Part shown: positions 34,401 to 50,155 of the stretch, one piece after another
How the letters are laid out: each line of letters begins with the position of its first letter
Position numbering within the stretch: position 1 is the stretch's first letter
DNA from: Bugula neritina
Lineage: Eukaryota > Animalia > Bryozoa
DNA: 64,000 nt
Assembly (NCBI GenBank): GCA_964035545.1
Contig: CAXIUT010000183.1
Span: 186,001 to 250,000 of the forward strand
Reading direction: 5' to 3'
Notes under the pieces: model-generated
Seen by the model: the letters and a program-made list of their open reading frames with translations, nothing else
Database searches by the model: none
What the model was told of the DNA's origin: nothing
Translations under genes and position numbers: made by a program

Positions 34401-37400
34401 GAAATATACTGCAACATACCGAAATATATGGTAAACTACTAAAATATACTGTAACACTTTGAAAAATAGTGCAACATACTGAAATATACTGCGACACTTT
34501 GCAATGTACTGTAACATACTGAAATATGCTGTAGCACACTGAAATACACTGCAACTCACTGAAATATACTGCAACATATTGAAATACACTGCAACATCTT
34601 ACAACATGCTAAAATACACTGTAACATATTGAAATACACTACAACACATTGAAATATACTGCAACATACCGGAATATATGGTAAACTACTGAAATATACT
34701 GTAACACACTGAAAAATACTGCAACATACTGAAATATACTGCGACACATTGCAATATACTGCAACATACCAAAATATATGGTAAACAACTGAAATATACT
34801 TTAACACATTGAAAAATACTGAAACATACTGAAATATACTGTAACACACTGAAATATACTGCAACAAACTGAAATACACTGTAACATACTGAAATAAACT
34901 GCAACATACCAAAATATATGGTAAACTACTGAAATATACTTTAACACATTGAAAAATACTGCAACATACTAAAATATACTGTAACACACTGCAAGATACT
35001 GCAACATACCGAAATACACTGTAACATACTGAAACACACTGCAACATACTGCATTATACTGACATACACTGGAACATATTGAAATACACTGCAACATCCT
35101 ACAACATGCTGAAATACACTGTAACATATTGAAATACACTGCAACACAATGAAATATACTGCAACATACCAAAATATATGGTAAACTACTGAAATATACT
35201 TTAACACATTGAAAAATACTGCAATATACTGAAATATACTGTAACACACTGAAATATACTGCAACATACTGAAATACACTGTAACATACTGAAATAAACT
35301 GCAACATACTGAAATACACTGCAACATCCTACAACATACTGAATTACACTGTAACATATTGAAATACACTGTAACATATTGAAAAATACTGCAACATACT
35401 GCAACATACTGAAATACACTGTAACATACTGAAATACATTGCAAAATACTACAACATACTGAAATACACTGTAACACATTGGAATATACTACAACATACC
35501 TAAATATCCGATAATATACTGAAATATACTGTAACACATTGAAAAATACTGCAACATACTGAAATACACTGCGACCCACTGAAATACATCGCAAAATACT
35601 ACAACATACTGAAATACACTGTAACATATTGAAATACACTGCAACACATTGAAATATACTGCAACCTACAGAAACAGGTGGTAAACTACTGAAATATACT
35701 GTAACACATTGAAAAATACTGCAACATACTGAAATATACTGCAACATACTGAAATACACTGCTAGATACTGATATGTACTGCAACATACTTCAACATTCT
35801 GAAATACACTGTAACATACTGAAATACACTGCAACAAACCACAACATATTGAAATACACTGCAACACATTGAAATAGACTGCAACCTACCTAAATATACG
35901 GTAATATACTGAAAAAAAAACTGTAACAGATTGAAAAATTCTGCAACATACTGAAATAAACTTCAACACACTGAAATACACCGCAAAATACTACAACATA
36001 CTGAAATACACTGTAACATATTGAAATACACTGCAACACTTTGAAATATACTGCAACATACCGAAATATATGGTAAACTACTAAAATATACTGTAACACT
36101 TTGAAAAATAGTGCAACATACTGAAATATACTGCGACACTTTGCAATGTACTGTAACATACTGAAATATGCTGTAGCACACTGAAATACACTGCAACTCA
36201 CTGAAATATACTGCAACATATTGAAATACACTGCAACATCCTACAACATGCTAAAATACACTGTAACATATTGAAATACACTACAACACATTGAAATATA
36301 CTGCAACATACCGGAATATATGGTAAACTACTGAAATATACTGTAACACACTGAAAAATACTGCAACATACTGAAATATACTGCGACACATTGCAATATA
36401 CTGCAACATACCAAAATATATGGTAAACTACTGAAATATACTTTAACACATTGAAAAATACTGCAACATACTGAAATATACTGTAACACACTGAAATATA
36501 CTGCAACAAACTGAAATACACTGTAACATACTGAAATAAACTGCAACATACCAAAATATATGGTAAACTACTGAAATATACTTTAACACATTGAAAAATA
36601 CTGCAACATACTAAAATATACTGTAACACACTGCAAGATACTGCAACATACCGAAATACACTGTAACATACTGAAACACACTGCAACATACTGCATTATA
36701 CTGACATACACAGGAACATATTGAAATACACTGCAACATCCTACAACATGCTGAAATACACTGTAACATATTGAAATACACTGCAACACAATGAAATATA
36801 CTGCAACATACCAAAATATATGGTAAACTACTGAAATATACTTTAACACATTGAAAAATACTGCAATATACTGAAATATACTGTAACACACTGAAATATA
36901 CTGCAACATACTGAAATACACTGTAACATACTGAAATAAACTGCAACATACTGAAATACACTGCAACATCCTACAACATACTGAATTACACTGTAACATA
37001 TTGAAATACACTGCAACACATTGAAAAATACTGCAACATACCGAAATATATGGTAAACTATTGAATTATACTGTAACACATTGAAAAATACTGAAACACA
37101 CTGAAGTTTACTCTGACACAATGCAATATACTGTAACATACTGAATTATTCTGTAGCACACTGAAATACACTGCAACTCACTGAAATATACTGCAACATA
37201 CTGAAAAACACTGTAACATATTGAAACATACTGCAACATACTACAACATATTGAAATACACTGCAACACATTGAAATATACTGCAACATACCTAAATATC
37301 CGGTAATATACTGAAATATACTGTAACACATTGAAAAATATTGCAACATACTGAAATACACTGCAACCCACTGAAATACATCGCAAAAGACTACAACATA

Positions 37401-38791
37401 CTGAAATATACTGTAACACACTGAAATATACTGCAACATACTGAAATACACTGAAACATACTGAAATAAACTGCAATATACCAAAATATATGGTAAACTA
37501 CTGAAATATACTGTAACACACTGAAAAATACTGCAACATACTGAAATATACTGCGACACATTGCAATATACTGCAACATACCAAAATATATGGTAAACTA
37601 CTGAAATATACTTTAACACATTGAAAATTACTGCAACATACTGAAATATACTGTAACACACTGAAATATCCTGCAACAAACTGAAATACACTGTAACATA
37701 TTGAAATAAACTACAACATACCAAAATATATGGTAAACTACTGAAATATACTTTAACACATTGAAAAATACTGCAACATACTAAAATATACCGTAACACA
37801 CTGCAAGATACTGCAACATACCGAAATACACTGTAACATACTGAAACACACTGCAACATACTGCATTATACTGACTAACACTGGAACATATTGAAATACA
37901 CTGCAACATCCTACAACATGCTGAAATACACTGTAACATATTGAAATACACTGGAACACAATGAAATACACTGCAACATACCAAAATATATGGTAAACTA
38001 CTGAAATATACTTTAACACATTGAAAAATACTGCAACATACTGAAATATACTGTAACACACTGAAATATACTGCAACATACTGAAATACACTGTAACATA
38101 CTGAAATAAACTGTAACATACTGAAATACACTGCAACATCCTACAACATACTGAATTACACTGTAACATTGTGAAATACACTGCAACACATTGAAAAATA
38201 CTGCAACACACTGAAATATACTCTGACACAATGCAATATACTGTAACATACTGAAATATGCTGTAGCACACTGAAATACACTGCAACTCACTGAAATATA
38301 CTACAACATACTGAAAAACACTGTAACATATTGAAACATACTGCAACATACTACAACATATTGAAATACACTGCAACACATTGAAATATACTGCAACATA
38401 CCTAAATATCCGGTAATATACTGAAATATACTGTAACACATTGAAAAATACTACAACATACTGAAATACACTGTAACATATTGAAATACACTGCAACACA
38501 TTGAAATATACTGCAACCTATAGAAATATATGGTAAACTACTGAAATATACTGTAACACATTGAAAAATACTGCAACATACTGAAACATACTGCGACACA
38601 TTGCAATATACAGTAACATACTGAAACATGCTGTAGCACACTGAAATAGACTGCAGCTCACTGAAATATACTGCAACATACTGAAATACACTGCTACATA
38701 CTGAAATATACTGCAACATACTGCAACATACTGAAATACACTGTAACATACTGAAATACACTGCAACAAACTACAACATATTGAAATACAC
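23138..38791. repeat. 7822-bp tandem duplication, near-identical copies (~23138..30959 / ~30960..38781)
   Basis: ORFs from 23202 to 30939 have twins with matching translation 7822 bp downstream. Private variants are shared: gaaatacacc at 23139/30961, gaagtatact, ccgataata, aaacaactga, cacaggaac and gaattattct. Confidence 0.95.
26256..29191. repeat. ~1.3-kb duplication at offset 1642
   Basis: ORF pairs 26426/28068, 26734/28376 and 27147/28789. The variant gatactgatatgtac...tacttcaa is shared. Confidence 0.85.
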
Positions 38792-40135
38792 TGCAACACA
38801 TTGAAATGTACTGCAACATACCTAAATATACGGTAATATACCGAAAAAAAAACTGTAACAGATTGAAAAATTCTGCAACATACTGAAATAAACTGCAACA
38901 CACTGAAATACAGCGCAAAATACTACAACATACTGAAATACACTGTAACATATTGAAATACACTGCAACACTTTGAAATATACTGCAACATACCGAAATA
39001 TATGGTAAACTACTAAAATATACTGTAACACTTTGAGAAATAGTGCAACACACTGAAATATACTCTGACACATTGCAATATACTGTAACATACTGAAATA
39101 TGCTGTAGCACACTGAAATACATTGCAACTCACTCAAATATACTGCAACATACTGAAATACACTGTAACATATTGAAAAATACTGCAACATACTGCAACA
39201 TACTGAAATACACTGTAACATACTGAAATACATTGCAAAATACTACAACATACTGAAATACACTGTAACACATTGGAATATACTACAACATACCTAAATA
39301 TCCGGTAATATACTGAAATATACTGTAACACATTGAAAAATACTGCAACATACTGAAATACACTGCGACCCACTGAAATACATCGCAAAATACTACAACA
39401 TACTGAAATACACTGTAACATATTGAAATACACTGCAACACATTGAAATATACTGCAACCTACAGAAATAGGTGGTAAACTACTGAAATATACTTTAACA
39501 CATTGAAAAATACTGCAACATACTGAAATATACTGTAACACACTGAAATATACTGCAACATACTGAAATACACTGTAACATACTGAAATAAACTGCAACA
39601 TACTGAAGTACACTGCAACATCCTACAACATACTGAAATACAATGTAACATATTGAAACACACTGCAACACATTGAAATATACTGCAATGTACCGAATTA
39701 TATGGTGGACTACTGAAATATACTGTAACACATTGCAATATACTGTAACATACTGAAATATGCTGTAGCACACTGAAATACACTGCAACTCACTGAAATA
39801 TACTGCAACATACTGAAATACACTGCAACACATTGAAATATACTGCAACCTACAGAAATAGGTGGTAAACTACTGAAATATACTGTAACACATTGAAAAA
39901 TACTGCAACATACTGAAATATACTGCGACACATTGTAATATACTGTAACATACTGAAACATACTGTAGCACACTGAAATAGACTGCAGCTCACTGAAATA
40001 TACTGCATTATACTGAAATTCACTGCAGCATCCTACAACATGCTGAAATACACTGTAACATATTGAAATACACTGCAACACAATGAAATATACTGCAACA
40101 TACCGAAATATATGGTAAACTAATGAAATACACTG

Positions 40136-43100
40136 TAACACATTGAAAAATACTGCAACATACTGAAATATACTGTAACACACTGAATTATACTGCAACA
40201 TACTGAAATACACTGTAACATACTGAGATAAACTGCAACATACGAAAATATATGGTAAACTACTGAAATATAATTTAACACATTGAAAAATCCTGCAACA
40301 TACTAAAATATACTGTAACACACTGCAAGATACTGCAACATACCGAAATACACTGTAACATAGTGAAACACACTGCAACATACTGCATTATACTGACATA
40401 CACTGGAACATATTGAAATACACTGCAACATCCTACAACATGGTGAAATACACTGTAACATATTGAAATACACTGCAACAGATTGAAAAATACTGCAACA
40501 TACAGAAATATATGGTAAACAATTGAATTATACTGTAACACATTGAAAAATACTGAAACACACTGAAATATACTCTGACACAATGCAAAATACTGTAACA
40601 TACTGAAATATGCTGTAGCACACTGAAATACACTGCAACTCACTGAAATATACTGCAACATACTGAAAAACACTGTAACATATTGAGACATACTGCAACA
40701 TACTGCAACATTCTGAAATACACTGTAACATACTGAAATACATTGCAAAATACTGCAACATATTGAAATACACTGCAACACATTGAAATATACTGCAACA
40801 TACCTAAATATCCGGTAATATACTGAAATATACTGTAACACATTGAAACATACTGCAACATACTGAAATACACTGTAACATCCTACAACATACTGAAATA
40901 CACAGTAACATATTGAAAGACACTGCAAGACAATGAAATATACTGCAACATACTGAAATATACTGTAACACACTGAAACATACTGCAACATACTGAAATA
41001 CACTGCTACATACTGAAATATACTGCAACATACTGCCACATACTGAAATACACTGTAACATACTGAAATACACTGCAACAAACTACAACATATTGAAATA
41101 CACTGCAACACATTGAAATATACTGCAACATACCTAAATATACGGTAATATAGCGGAAAAAAACTGTAACAGATTGACAAATTCTGCAACATACTGAAAT
41201 ATACTGCGACACATTGCAATATACTGTAACATACTGAAATACGCTCTAGCACACTGAAATACACTGCAACCCACTGAAATATACTGCAACATACGGAAAT
41301 ACACTGCAACACATTGAAATACACTGCAACATACCAAAATAAATGGTAAACTACTGAAATATACTTTAACACATTGAAAATTACTGCAACATACTGAAAT
41401 ATACTGTAACACACTGAAATATACTGCAACATACTGAAATACACTGTAACATACTGAAATAAACTGCAACATACTGAAGTACACTGCAACATCCTACAAC
41501 ATACTGAAATACAATGTAACATATTGAAACACACTGCAACACATTGAAATATACTGCAATGTACCGAATTATATGGTGGACTACTGAAATATACTGTAAC
41601 ACATTGCAATATACTGTAACATACTGAAATATGCTGTAGCACACTGAAATACACTGCAACTCACTGAAATATACTGCAACATACTGAAATACACTGCAAC
41701 ACATTGAAATATACTGCAACATACTGCAACATTCTGAAATACACTGCAACACACTGAAATATACTGCAACATACTGAAATACACTGAAACATACTGAAAT
41801 AAACTGCAATATACCAAAATATATGGTAAACTACTGAAATATACTGTAACACACTGAAAAATACTGCAACATACTGAAATATACTGCGACACATTGCAAT
41901 ATACTGCAACATACCAAAATATATGGTAAACTACTGAAATATACTTTAACACATTGAAAATTACTGCAACATACTGAAATATACTGTAACACACTGAAAT
42001 ATCCTGCAACAAACTGAAATACACTGTAACATATTGAAATAAACTGCAACATACCAAAATATATGGTAAACTACTGAAATATACTTTAACACATTGAAAA
42101 ATACTGCAACATACTAAAATATACCGTAACACACTGCAAGATACTGCAACATACCGAAATACACTGTAACATACTGAAACACACTGCAACATACTGCATT
42201 ATACTGACTAACACTGGAACATATTGAAATACACTGCAACATCCTACAACATGCTGAAATACACTGTAACATATTGAAATACACTGCAACACAATGAAAT
42301 ACACTGCAACATACCAAAATATATGGTAAACTACTGAAATATACTTTAACACATTGAAAAATACTGCAACATACTGAAATATACTGTAACACACTGAAAT
42401 GTACTGCAACATACTGAAATACACTGCAACATCCTACAACATACTGAATTACACTGTAACATTGTGAAATACACTGCAACACATTGAAAAATACTGCAAC
42501 ATACCGAAATATACGGTAAACTATTGAATTATACTGTAACACATTGAAAATTACTGAAACACACTGAAATATACTCTGACACAATGCAATATACTGTAAC
42601 ATACTGAAATATGCTGTAGCACACTGAAATACACTGCGACTCACTGAAATATACTACAACATACTGAAAAACACTGTAACATATTGAAACATACTGCAAC
42701 ATACTACAACATATTGAATTACACTGCAACACATTGAAATATACTGCAACATACCTAAATATCCGGTAATATACTGAAATATACTGTAACACATTGAAAA
42801 ATACTACAACATACTGAAATACACTGTAACATATTGAAATACACTGCAACACATTGAAATATACTGCAACCTATAGAAATATATGGTAAACTACTGAAAT
42901 ATACTGTAACACATTGAAAAATACTGCAACATACTGAAACATACTGCGACACATTGCAATATACAGTAACATACTGAAACATGCTGTAGCACACTGAAAT
43001 AGACTGCAGCTCACTGAAATATACTGCAACATACTGAAATACACTGCTACATACTGAAATATACTGCAACATACTGCAACATACTGAAATACACTTTAAC

Positions 43101-46100
43101 ATACTGAAATACACTGCAACAAACTACAACATATTGAAATACACTGCAACACATTGAAATATACTGCAACATACCTAAATATACGGTAATATACCGAAAA
43201 AAAAACTGTAACAGATTGAAAAATTCTGCAACATACTGAAATAAACTGCAACACACTGAAATACAGCGCAAAATACTACAACATACTGAAATACACTGTA
43301 ACATATTGAAATACACTGCAACACTTTGAAATATACTGCAACATACCGAAATATATGGTAAACTACTAAAATATACTGTAACACTTTGAGAAATAGTGCA
43401 ACACACTGAAATATACTCTGACACATTGCAATATACTGTAACATACTGAAATATGCTGTAGCACACTGAAATACATTGCAACTCACTGAAATATACTGCA
43501 ACATACTGAAATACACTGCAACACATTGAAATATACTGCAACCTACAGAAATAGGTGGTAAACTACTGAAATATACTGTAACACATTGAAAAATACTGCA
43601 ACATACTGAAATATACTGCGACACATTGTAATATACTGTAACATACTGAAACATACTGTAGCACACTGAAATAGACTGCAGCTCACTGAAATATACTGCA
43701 TTATACTGAAATTCACTGCAGCATCCTACAACATGCTGAAATACACTGTAACATATTGAAATACACTGCAACAAACTACAACATATTGAAATACACTGCA
43801 ACGCATTGAAAGACACTGCAACACATTGAAATATACTGCAATATACCAATATATATGGTAAACTGCTGAAATATACTTTAACACATTGAAAAATACTGCA
43901 ACATACTGAAATATACTGTAACACACTGAAATATACTGCAACATACTGAAATACACTGCTAGATACTGAAATATACTGCAACATACTGCAACAATCTGAA
44001 ATACACTGTAACATACTGAAATACACTGCAACAAACTACAACATATTGAAATACACTGCAACACATTGAAATATACTGCAACATACCTAAATATACAGTA
44101 ATATACCGAAAAAAAAACTGTGACAGATTGAAAAATTCCGCAACATACTGAAATAAACTGCAACACACTGAAATACACCTCAAAATACTACCACATACTG
44201 AAATACACTGTAACATATTGAAATACACTGCAACACTTTGAAATATACTGCAACATACCGAAATATATGGTAAACTACTAAAATATACTGTAACACTTTG
44301 AAAAACAGTGCAACATACTGAAATATACTGCGACACTTTGCAATGTACTGTAACATACTGAAATATGCTGTAGCACACTGAAATACACTGCAACTCACTG
44401 AAATATACTGCAACATATTGAAATACACTGCAACATCCTACAACATGCTAAAATACACTGTAACATATTGAAATACAGTACAACACATTGAAATATACTG
44501 CAACATACTGGAATATATGGTAAAGTACTGAAATATACTGTAACACACTGAAAAATACTGCAACATACTGAAATATACTGCGACACATTGCAATATACTG
44601 CAACATACCAAAATATATGGTAAACTACTGAAATATACTTTAACACATTGAAAAATACTGCAACATACTGAAATATACTGTAACACACTGAAATATACTG
44701 CAACATACTGAAATACACTGTAACATACTGAGATAAACTGCAACTGACGAAAATATATGGTAAACTACTGAAATATAATTTAACACATTGAAAAATCCTG
44801 CAACATACTAAAATATACTGTAACACACTGCAAGATACTGCAACATACCGAAATACACTGTAACATAGTGAAACACACTGCAACATACTGCATTATACTG
44901 ACATACACTGGAACATATTGAAATACACTGCAACATCCTACAACATGGTGAAATACACTGTAACATATTGAAATACACTGCAACAGATTGAAAAATACTG
45001 CAACATACAGAAATATATGGTAAACTATTGAATTATACTGTAACACATTGAAAAATACTGACACACTGAAATATACTCTGACACAATGCAAAATACTGTA
45101 ACATACTGAAATATGCTGTAGCACACTGAAATACACTGCAACTCACTGAAATATACTGCAACATACTGAAAAACACTGTAACATATTGAGACATACTGCA
45201 ACATACTGCAACATTCTGAAATACACTGTAACATACTGAAATACATTGCAAAATACTGCAACATATTGAAATACACTGCAACACATTGAAATATACTGCA
45301 ACATACCTAAATATCCGGTAATATACTGAAATATACTGTAACACATTGAAACATACTGCAACATACTGAAATACACTGTAACATCCTACAACATACTGAA
45401 ATACACAGTAACATATTGAAAGACACTGCAAGACAATGAAATATACTGCAACATACTGAAATATACTGTAACACACTGAAACATACTGCAACATACTGAA
45501 ATACACTGCTACATACTGAAATATACTGCAACATACTGCCACATACTGAAATACACTGTAACATACTGAAATACACTGCAACAAACTACAACATATTGAA
45601 ATACACTGCAACACATTGAAATATACTGCAACATACCTAAATATACGGTAATATAGCGGAAAGAAACTGTAACAGATTGACAAATTCTGCAACATACTGA
45701 AATATACTGCGACACATTGCAATATACTGTAACATACTGAAATTTGCTCTAGCACACTGAAATACACTGCAACCCACTGAAATATACTGCAACATACGGA
45801 AATACACTGCAACACATTGAAATACACTGCAACATACCAAAATAAATGGTAAACTACTGAAATATACTTTAACACATTGAAAATTACTGCAACATACTGA
45901 AATATACTGTAACACACTGAAATATACTGCAACATACTGAAATACACTGTAACATACTGAAATAAACTGCAACATACTGAAGTACACTGCAACATCCTAC
46001 AACATACTGAAATACAATGTAACATATTGAAACACACTGCAACACATTGAAATATACTGCAATGTACCGAATTATATGGTGGACTACTGAAATATACTGT

Positions 46101-49100
46101 AACACATTGCAATATACTGTAACATACTGAAATATGCTGTAGCACACTGAAATACACTGCAACTCACTGAAATATACTGCAACATACTGAAATACACTGC
46201 AACACATTGAAATATACTGCAACATACTGCAACATTCTGAAATACACTGCAACACACTGAAATATACTGCAACATACTGAAATACACTGAAACATACTGA
46301 AATAAACTGCAATATACCAAAATATATGGTAAACTACTGAAATATACTGTAACACACTGAAAAATACTGCAACATACTGAAATATACTGCGACACATTGC
46401 AATATACTGCAACATACCAAAATATATGGTAAACTACTGAAATATACTTTAACACATTGAAAATTACTGCAACATACTGAAATATACTGTAACACACTGA
46501 AATATCCTGCAACAAACTGAAATACACTGTAACATATTGAAATAAACTGCAACATACCAAAATATATGGTAAACTACTGAAATATACTTTAACACATTGA
46601 AAAATACTGCAACATACTAAAATATACCGTAACACACTGCAAGATACTGCAACATACCGAAATACACTGTAACATACTGAAACACACTGCAACATACTGC
46701 ATTATACTGACTAACACTGGAACATATTGAAATACACTGCAACATCCTACAACATGCTGAAATACACTGTAACATATTGAAATACACTGCAACACAATGA
46801 AATACACTGCAACATACCAAAATATATGGTAAACTACTGAAATATACTTTAACACATTGAAAAATACTGCAACATACTGAAATATACTGTAACACACTGA
46901 AATGTACTGCAACATACTGAAATACACTGTAACATACTGAAATAAACTGTAACATACTGAAATACACTGCAACATCCTACAACATACTGAATTACACTGT
47001 AACATTGTGAAATACACTGCAACACATTGAAAAATACTGCAACATACCGAAATATACGGTAAACTATTGAATTATACTGTAACACATTGAAAATTACTGA
47101 AACACACTGAAATATACTCTGACACAATGCAATATACTGTAACATACTGAAATATGCTGTAGCACACTGAAATACACTGCGACTCACTGAAATATACTAC
47201 AACATACTGAAAAACACTGTAACATATTGAAACATACTGCAACATACTACAACATATTGAAATACACTGCAACACATTGAAATATACTGCAACATACCTA
47301 AATATCCGGTAATATACTGAAATATACTGTAACACATTGAAAAATACTACAACATACTGAAATACACTGTAACATATTGAAATACACTGCAACACATTGA
47401 AATATACTGCAACCTATAGAAATATATGGTAAACTACTGAAATATACTGTAACACATTGAAAAATACTGCAACATACTGAAACATACTGCGACACATTGC
47501 AATATACAGTAACATACTGAAACATGCTGTAGCACACTGAAATAGACTGCAGCTCACTGAAATATACTGCAACATACTGAAATACACTGCGACATACTCA
47601 AATATACTGCAACATACTGCAACATACTGAAATACACTTTAACATACTGAAATACACTGCAACAAACTACAACATATTGAAATACACTGCAACACATTGA
47701 AATATACTGCAACATACCTAAATATACGGTAATATACCGAAAAAAAAACTGTAACAGATTGAAAAATTCTGCAACATACTGAAATAAACTGCAACACACT
47801 GAAATACAGCGCAAAATACTACAACATACTGAAATACACTGTAACATATTGAAATACACTGCAACACTTTGAAATATACTGCAACATACCGAAATATATG
47901 GTAAACTACTAAAATATACTGTAACACTTTGAGAAATAGTGCAACACACTGAAATATACTCTGACACATTGCAATATACTGTAACATACTGAAATATGCT
48001 GTAGCACACTGAAATACATTGCAACTCACTGAAATATACTGCAACATACTGAAATACACTGCAACACAGTGAAATATACTGCAACCTACAGAAATAGGTG
48101 GTAAACTACTGAAATATACTGTAACACATTGAAAAATACTGCAACATACTGAAATATACTGCGACACATTGTAATATACTGTAACATACTGAAACATACT
48201 GTAGCACACTGAAATAGACTGCAGCTCACTGAAATATACTGCATTATACTGAAATTCACTGCAGCATCCTACAACATGCTGAAATACACTGTAACATATT
48301 GAAATACACTGCAACAAACTACAACATATTGAAATACACTGCAACGCATTGAAAGACACTGCAACACATTGAAATATACTGCAATATACCAATATATATG
48401 GTAAACTGCTGAAATATACTTTAACACATTGAAAAATACTGCAACATACTGAAATATACTGTAACACACTGAAATAAACTGCAACATACTGAAATACACT
48501 GCTAGATACTGAAATATACTGCAACATACTGCAACAATCTGAAATACACTGTAACATACTGAAATACACTGCAACAAACTACAACATATTGAAATACACT
48601 GCAACGCATTGAAAGACACTGCAACACATTGAAATATACTGCAATATACCAATATATATGGTAAACTGCTGAAATATACTTTAACACATTGAAAAATACT
48701 GCAACATACTGAAATATACTGTAACACACTGAAATAAACTGCAACATACTGAAATACACTGCTAGATACTGAAATATACTGCAACATACTGCAACAATCT
48801 GAAATACACTGTAACATACTGAAATACACTGCAACAAACTACAACATATTGAAATACACTGCAACACATTGAAATATACTGCAACATACCTAAATATACA
48901 GTAATATACCGAAAAAAAAACTGTGACAGATTGAAAAATTCCGCAACATACTGAAATAAACTGCAACACACTGAAATACACCTCAAAATACTACCACATA
49001 CTGAAATACACTGTAACATATTGAAATACACTGCAACACCTTGAAATATACTGCAACATACCGAAATATATGGTAAACTACTAAAATATACTGTAACACT

Positions 49101-50155
49101 TTGAAAAACAGTGCAACATACTGAAATATACTGCGACACTTTGCAATGTACTGTAACATACTGAAATATGCTGTAGCACACTGAAATACACTGCAACTCA
49201 CTGAAATATACTGCAACATATTGAAATACACTGCAACATCCTACAACATGCTAAAATACACTGTAACATATTGAAATACAGTACAACACATTGAAATATA
49301 CTGCAACATACCGGAATATATGGTAAAGTACTGAAATATACTGTAACACACTGAAAAATACTGCAACATACTGAAATATACTGCGACACATTGCAATATA
49401 CTGCAACATACCAAAATATATGGTAAACTACTGAAATATACTTTAACACATTGAAAAATACTGCAACATACTGAAATATACTGTAACACACTGAAATATA
49501 CTGCAACATACTGAAATACACTGTAACATACTGAGATAAACTGCAACTGACGAAAATATATGGTAAACTACTGAAATATAATTTAACACATTGAAAAATC
49601 CTGCAACATACTAAAATATACTGTAACACACTGCAAGATACTGCAACATACCGAAATACACTGTAACATAGTGAAACACACTGCAACATACTGCATTATA
49701 CTGACATACACTGGAACATATTGAAATACACTGCAACATCCTACAACATGGTGAAATACACTGTAACATATTGAAATACACTGCAACAGATTGAAAAATA
49801 CTGCAACATACAGAAATATATGGTAAACTATTGAATTATACTGTAACACATTGAAAAATACTGAAACACACTGAAATATACTCTGACACAATGCAAAATA
49901 CTGTAACATACTGAAATATGCTGTAGCACACTGAAATACACTGCAACTCACTGAAATATACTGCAACATACTGAAAAACACTGTAACATATTGAGACATA
50001 CTGCAACATACTGCAACATTCTGAAATACACTGTAACATACTGAAATACATTGCAAAATACTGCAACATATTGAAATACACTGCAACACATTGAAATATA
50101 CTGCAACATACCTAAATATCCGGTAATATACTGAAATATACTGTAACACATTGAA
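40136..50155. repeat. ~4.5-kb higher-order tandem repeat (~2.1 copies) with internal indels
   Basis: ORF offsets are 4505 (40275/44780), 4503 after a 2-bp deletion at ~45061 (41831/46334), 4543 (42529/47072) and 4803 (44395/49198) after a 260-bp internal duplication. Confidence 0.88.
48281..48864. repeat. 260-bp tandem duplication inside the second ~4.5-kb unit
   Basis: gcaacgcatt gaaagacact occurs at 48341 and 48601. gctagatact and gcaacaatct also recur at offset 260. Confidence 0.9.
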
